A DNA stretch of 42,318 bases from Octopus sinensis (Eukaryota): assembly GCF_006345805.1 (NCBI RefSeq), contig NW_021835152.1, forward strand, positions 1 to 42,318, given 5' to 3'. Numbering within the stretch: position 1 is the first letter of the stretch; every line of letters begins with the position of its first letter. Both the position numbers and the translations under genes were made by a program. This document shows, in pieces, positions 37,224 to 42,318 of the stretch. The notes under the pieces were generated by a model. That model was not told the origin of the DNA. It saw only the letters and a list, made by a program, of their open reading frames with translations, and searched no databases.

Positions 37224-38474
37224 ATGCCATCATTCGGTCATCAGGATAGGGCCGTATATAATAACATTAACATTTTAAGTAAGGACGGGAGCGCGGCGGA
37301 TGCCGGGGTAGTCGCTCCCGCATTTAATTTAGCGAACAAGGATAATTATCGGTCCGGGAGGTCTTACACTAACCCAAGACCCGTTATTCATCCGAGAATC
37401 ACCCACCCGAATGCGAGAGCTGGCGTCCCGACCCATCACACTGATAGGAATAAGCATATATGGTTTGTAATCCCCTTTGGTAAGCAGATTAGAACTAACC
37501 TCCCCCTCTTGTTTAGACAAGCCATCGCCAATAACTTCCCCAGAAATTCCAAATATTACTCCACGGTTAACTCACATAAAGTTAGGATAGCTTTCTCCAA
37601 CACTAAAAACCTCGCCCAGATAATCGCCTCCCATAATAATAGGCTACTTACTAAGACCCTATCACCTTTTTCCGGAGGCACAGCCTCTTCCGCTCCCGGT
37701 TTAATGCTCAGTAGGAATAATTATAGTAGTAATAATGATATGAGAGCCAGTACAGTGACACATAATCTCAGCTCCAGCCAGGGAGTACCCACTAGGGGTA
37801 TAGTTATAAATAGGGGTGTTGTGGTTGACGGTAACAATGGGAGTAGGGTAGAGAGCCCCAATAGCATCCCCAGCATCATTTCCCGCAATAGCAGCACCAC
37901 GGGCAGTAGCAATGACAGCACTCTGATAGATAGTGGAGAATCAGGGGTTATTCCTATAGTTAATAGTGACGTAGTGGAAAATAGAGTAGTAAGCGGCTGC
38001 AGGTCTCGGAACGAATATAGTGACAGGAACGCAGTTCTAATTTCAGAAACTAATCCTAGCAGATTAAGATTCACGTCGGCGAACTCCAAGATCAAAAACG
38101 CCGTCTACCAATGCAAGGTTTACACGGACTCAGATGTCTTCACTTATGTAGGGGCATCATCCTCAAGATTGTCTTTGCGTGTCTCCAACCATTACGCAAC
38201 TTTTCGGGACGTGAACAAGCGCCAGACCACGGGACTCAGTAAGCTAATATGGCGACTGAAGGATACGAACTTAAGCTATAGGCTGGAATGGTCAATTTTG
38301 TCGGTGGCCCTCCCATTTGATAGGGGCAGAAGACAGTGCAACCTTTGTGTCTCCGAACTCTTCCATATTTTGTTTGCCAGAGGCCGGATGGTAAACGGGC
38401 TCTTACAGTCGGCTTTTCGATGCCCCCATTGGCGGCGTTACACTTATCTGGCTTTTAATAGCGTTTATAAATAA
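37224..38474 (+). CDS. GIY-YIG endonuclease-containing C-terminal part of a Penelope-like protein (416 aa, no RT domain)
   Basis: Stop-free; the frame stays open upstream (EKAEFYNAALSKAGYRQKVIY from 37143, resembling the post-RT region). Linker HIWFVIPF...FPRNS...VRIAFSNTKNLAQIIASHNNRLL; nuclease AVYQC...TYVG...RVSNH...LSKLIWRLKD...EWSIL...CNLCVSE...MVN...CPH. Use of the ATG at 37224 is unproven. Confidence 0.8.
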   Translation: MPSFGHQDRAVYNNINILSKDGSAADAGVVAPAFNLANKDNYRSGRSYTNPRPVIHPRITHPNARAGVPTHHTDRNKHIWFVIPFGKQIRTNLPLLFRQAIANNFPRNSKYYSTVNSHKVRIAFSNTKNLAQIIASHNNRLLTKTLSPFSGGTASSAPGLMLSRNNYSSNNDMRASTVTHNLSSSQGVPTRGIVINRGVVVDGNNGSRVESPNSIPSIISRNSSTTGSSNDSTLIDSGESGVIPIVNSDVVENRVVSGCRSRNEYSDRNAVLISETNPSRLRFTSANSKIKNAVYQCKVYTDSDVFTYVGASSSRLSLRVSNHYATFRDVNKRQTTGLSKLIWRLKDTNLSYRLEWSILSVALPFDRGRRQCNLCVSELFHILFARGRMVNGLLQSAFRCPHWRRYTYLAFNSVYK

Positions 38475-38828
38475 TACCGGCACCCATAGCCCTTGGTAAC
38501 AAATTCTGAAATAGCCTTTAAGATATCTACGATTAACCACTGCAAGGGGAATTACTCCTGTAAGACAAACGGGGCTTGGTTTTGTCACAGCGGGGGGTTT
38601 CCTTGACAAGGCAGGCTTAGATGAACACACACACACATAAAACATAATATATATATATATTTTTTCTTTTTTTTCTTTTCTTTCTGCCACCCAACGGTTA
38701 TCACGGCAGTAGCCACTGACAGCCGAACGATCAAACGCACACACGTACACAAAAAATGTTTTCTACCCCTACGCCAACACACACATATATAGAACAGTAT
38801 ACACACACACACGTCTCTAAGTAGATTT

Positions 38829-39220
38829 TTTCTCGCCCCTTATAAAACATCCAATATTCCTTAAATAGTCAGAACTTTATTCTCGGTCACAAAGAACATC
38901 TATACACCCTCACCCACATGATTGACCGATGCCTGACCCGTTGAATTCTTCAGCCACCGGTTCTCAACATACACTGATAAACAGTTTCGCCATGGGCTCT
39001 TAGGAGCATAGTTCGATTTGTTTTTGCTCCGCATCTGTTCTGTTTTTGTTTTTCCAACGGATTTCCTTTTTTCTTCCTGAAGAGAAAGACACAATATGGT
39101 CCCATTATTCAATCGGATTTTGGTAATTTGTGCCTTTCGAAACACGTGTAGAATGAAATAAAACGATTTCTGTTCAATCTGCGTTCAGCTCCATTTCTTC
39201 AATTCACCAATAATGTTTTA
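38829..39220 (+). repeat. Right inverted repeat (sense pseudo-LTR)
   Basis: Reverse complement of 36757-37148. Confidence 0.95.
39070..39158 (+). ncRNA. Type I hammerhead ribozyme (canonical core)
   Basis: Stem I UUUCUUC / GAA(U)GAAA; core CUGAAGA (39077-39083); stem II GAAAGACACAA / UUGUGCCUUUC (10 of 11 pairs); GAAA; palindromic stem III ACACGUGU; predicted cleavage after A39150. Confidence 0.88.
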
Positions 39221-39581
39221 ATTTCAATTATCCGCACCAACGCACGGTTGCAACGCCAGATGGTTGTACCTCCAACCGTGCTGTTTACTGCTGTGATTTT
39301 TGCTACTAAGGTATCGGTTAAACTTTTGATTAATCTACTACAAGATTATTCATCTTTCTATTTCACATAATATATATATATTCATTCATAATATATATAT
39401 ATTCATTATATATATTCTATATATAATTCATTCTCTCTTACCTGTTTGTGTCTGCCTTCCAATTGCTGTTTTTACTGAGATCTCCCTTTTTAGTAGAAGA
39501 AATAGCTATAACCCTTTGACTGCTATTTCTAAATTCGGTATGTGGTAAGGCAATTCGTTGCTAAACCCTTTATTGCTTAGT

Positions 39582-39725
39582 ATATATATATATATTATAT
39601 ATTATATATATAATATATATATATATATATATTATTATATATATATAATATATATATATATTATATATATATATATATATATTATTATTATATATAATAT
39701 AATATATATATATTATATATATATA

Positions 39726-39776
<51 letters not shown>

Positions 39777-39783
39777 TATAATA

Positions 39784-39830
<47 letters not shown>
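39582..39830. repeat. AT low-complexity tract
   Basis: Directly visible. Confidence 0.97.
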
Positions 39831-40556
39831 GCAAAAGAGGGAGTGGTGTTTCCACGCAGGAAAAAATATAAGAAAATGTCTTGTTGAAAATGCATTTAAA
39901 TTTCAAAAGCTCGTTAATTCATGCATACATAAATACATAAATACATAAATACATAAATACAATTCAACAGTTTGCATAAAAGGAAAAGAAAGCACGAAAA
40001 TAAAAGTATTTTACAAATCACAAAATATGTGCTAGATTATGGCTGGCAGATAACAGCTTGCTCAAAATAGCAACCCCCAGCTTCCTCTACGACTCTAAGA
40101 CAGCTCTGAAACCCGGTGCATACGTTCCCCACTGTGTCGAAGATCTTCGAACACTTTTTTGATCTTGGCAACAAGCTTGACCTCGGTTTTTACAGGAAAA
40201 GCGATTGGTGTCTTCCTCAACCGCACCCCACCTATAGTAGTACATGGAATTACAACCGGGTGAAGTGGGGATTAAGGGACCAGGAATTGGGACTGGTGAA
40301 GTCGTCGGAATTCTTCGACAACCACTTGTGACTGCTTCCAGGGCAATTACAACTAGCCGCATCCTGCTTTCCAGCAGCAACCATCTCCATCCAAGGTTTG
40401 TCTATAGTCTCCAACGGCATCACATAGTCGTCTGAAGTGAACCTGTTCAAAGATGTGGGGTGGAATGATGTCAATGTCCCTGGAGTTACACTCTAAGAGC
40501 GTCACAGTTTTGGAGAACTTGATTTTCATGATGTCCACGTTACATCTTACAGCTCT

Positions 40557-41100
40557 TATGAGGCTCAGCTGAGAAGTTCACACGCTGACCTTCATACTCT
40601 CATGGAATGCGACCAAATGTGACCAAATATTGTTCAAAGTCCCCTCCTTCGTTCCACACACTTCTTCCGTTGGTGATGCAGTGCTTAGATCCCATTGGTG
40701 AAGACGCTTCCATTTTGTTGCTAATAAAAGTCATCATCATCATCATCATCACTGTGATAGTGGTTGCCAATCAAGTGTTTTTACGTGATGGGGAAAAGAA
40801 GATAGTCAGACGGAGCGAAATCAGGAGAACAGGGTGGTGGGGTAATCAACCAGTTCAAAACCACAGTAACACGCAGCAGCCATTGAAACCAAGGACTTGT
40901 GTGCTGGGGCATTGTCCTGATGCAACAAAACCCCTTTCGTCAGTTTTCCGGGGCCTTTGCTCTTGATATACTTTCATAACTGCCTCAACAACTTTGGTAT
41001 CGTATCCTCCATTGATGGTGTGGCCCTTTTGAAGAGCCAGTCAATAAACACAATGACTTTTACATTCCGCGAAACTGAGGCTGTCACCTGGTTTCCCAGT
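40557..41100 (-). mobile_element. Mariner transposase remnant (3' half with TIR)
   Basis: KVTASV...IVFID...KGHTING, VLLHQDNAPAHKS, (H)PxxSPDFAPSDYLLFP; TA plus TIR tatgaggctcagctgagaagttc at 40557. Confidence 0.85.
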
Positions 41101-41276
41101 TTGCCAATGCAAGGTCGATATATTTTGGTAGCGTTGGAGCTGCTTCATTTGAAGACTTCCTTCCCCTTCCCTCGTTCACAGGCAGCAATACAAGGGAAGG
41201 GGGAGGAGGAGGAGAAGAACAAGACTGTCATGGTGCAAAGTACAACGAACATTAACAGCAGCCGCAACATTCACAG

Positions 41277-42020
41277 CAGTCGCTAACGCTTACATCACGT
41301 CCGTCATCTACTATTACTTGACTGTCGTGCCTTGTCCTGGCCACCGTCTGATTATGTTGGAGTGCGTACTCTTGCGATTCTTGTGGAAGGGACGCGTTCC
41401 GATGGTCAGGCGGTCTAACTGCTGTCAAGACTCGCTGCGTGGTGGTTTGGGCATACTGGGCTCGGCATGCGCAGACATGCGCTGAGGCTACGAAATCTCC
41501 AGTACTTCCTTAACGGTGAACAGGTGTGGTCGCCATTTGCCAGACACGCATTTTCACAGGTAGTTTCTTTGACGGAGCTGCAGTTCTGGGAAAAAAAGAA
41601 ACCAAGGGGAAAAATTTGGAAAGTGGAATGTCTTTAAGCGCTAACAGTCGGACAGTGCGAAAGGTGGAATGTCTACGTTAGCTTTGTATAGACGATTGGT
41701 GGAGGGAAAGTGTGAGGACATCCTTGGGGAGACTTTGGTCGTCGAGGAACAACTAGCCGCTCTTTTCGGGAGAACTTTCGGCTCGGAACCAATGGACAAC
41801 TTCCAAAAATCTCTAGCCTGGCAGTACTACTGAGGAACTTTACCTGTTCAAGATAAACTATACAGACGCGGAAGTGCCGTTAGACGAGCATGTCCGAGAT
41901 GCGTGCAGGAGGACGAAACGGTCCTGCATGCACTCGTCCAGTGCTCGAGCATTGTTGACCTGTAGGTTTATGTCGAACACCTGCTGTCGCGTGTGGGACG
42001 GATCAGGTTATCAACTGAAT
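41277..42020 (+). mobile_element. Tx1/L1-type LINE ORF2 C-terminal fragment, degraded
   Basis: VANAYITSVI...LLRFLWKGRVPMV...GGLG; intact knuckle CPRCVQEDETVLHALVQC; homologous to 9222-9958. Confidence 0.85.
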
Positions 42021-42102
42021 CCACGCAATCACACCCACAGATTCTTTGTTTCTTCCTGTGTTGTCCATAATGTCCATAATAACCCTCTGGGGTTAATAAA
42101 GA

Positions 42103-42128
42103 ATCATCATCATCATCATCATCATCAC

Positions 42129-42188
<60 letters not shown>

Positions 42189-42197
42189 CATCATCAT
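42103..42197. repeat. (CAT)n/(TAT)n microsatellite
   Basis: Directly visible. Confidence 0.97.
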
Positions 42198-42318
42198 AAA
42201 TTCAGGTTTTGTTGGAACCCCTGGAGCCTTTTCTGATTATTCCAGCCTTGCTAAAGAAGCAAACTTTTTGCAACAATTCTACTGGACACATTTTATTCCG
42301 ATTGCCTTCGTATTCCTC

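Larger units (their letters stand above)
36757..39220 (+). mobile_element. Penelope-like element (probably Hydra-type), 5'-truncated, with inverted pseudo-LTR
   Basis: 392-bp inverted repeats (36757-37148, 38829-39220) flank a GIY-YIG ORF; one hammerhead in each repeat; the left end abuts a (TA)n tract. Confidence 0.85.

Noticed and set aside
36757-39220. Classical cut-and-paste DNA transposon with TIRs
   Set aside because: No DDE transposase and no TSD; hammerheads, the PLE linker and the unequal right extension fit a Penelope-like origin better.

Overview
Eukaryotic, AT-rich, repeat-dominated DNA, probably intronic or intergenic. The SINE families and microsatellite load match what I recall from Octopus (coleoid cephalopod) genomes; this taxon call is an inference. 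I cannot support any host protein-coding gene. Most ORFs in the track are microsatellite read-throughs or transposon remnants. Recognisable elements: a CR1-type LINE 3' end, two Tx1/L1-type fragments, RTE fragments (one with a 10-bp TSD), two RLE-bearing R4/Dong-type LINEs in (AAT)n tracts, Helitron derivatives (one with a Pif1 fragment), mariner/Tc1 remnants and many tRNA-derived SINEs. The standout is 36757-39220: an intact, RT-less GIY-YIG ORF (Penelope-like, probably Hydra-type) bracketed by apparently identical 392-bp inverted repeats, each carrying a type I hammerhead ribozyme (HHR). The same inverted, (TA)n-anchored architecture recurs in miniature across the window. By eye there are about a dozen HHR or HHR-like motifs from at least six sequence families, including canonical CUGANGA cores, a U3-A8 compensatory variant, a C4 variant and a repeated non-canonical CUGUAGAA core. 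All folds and identities were read by eye; no computation or database search was run.
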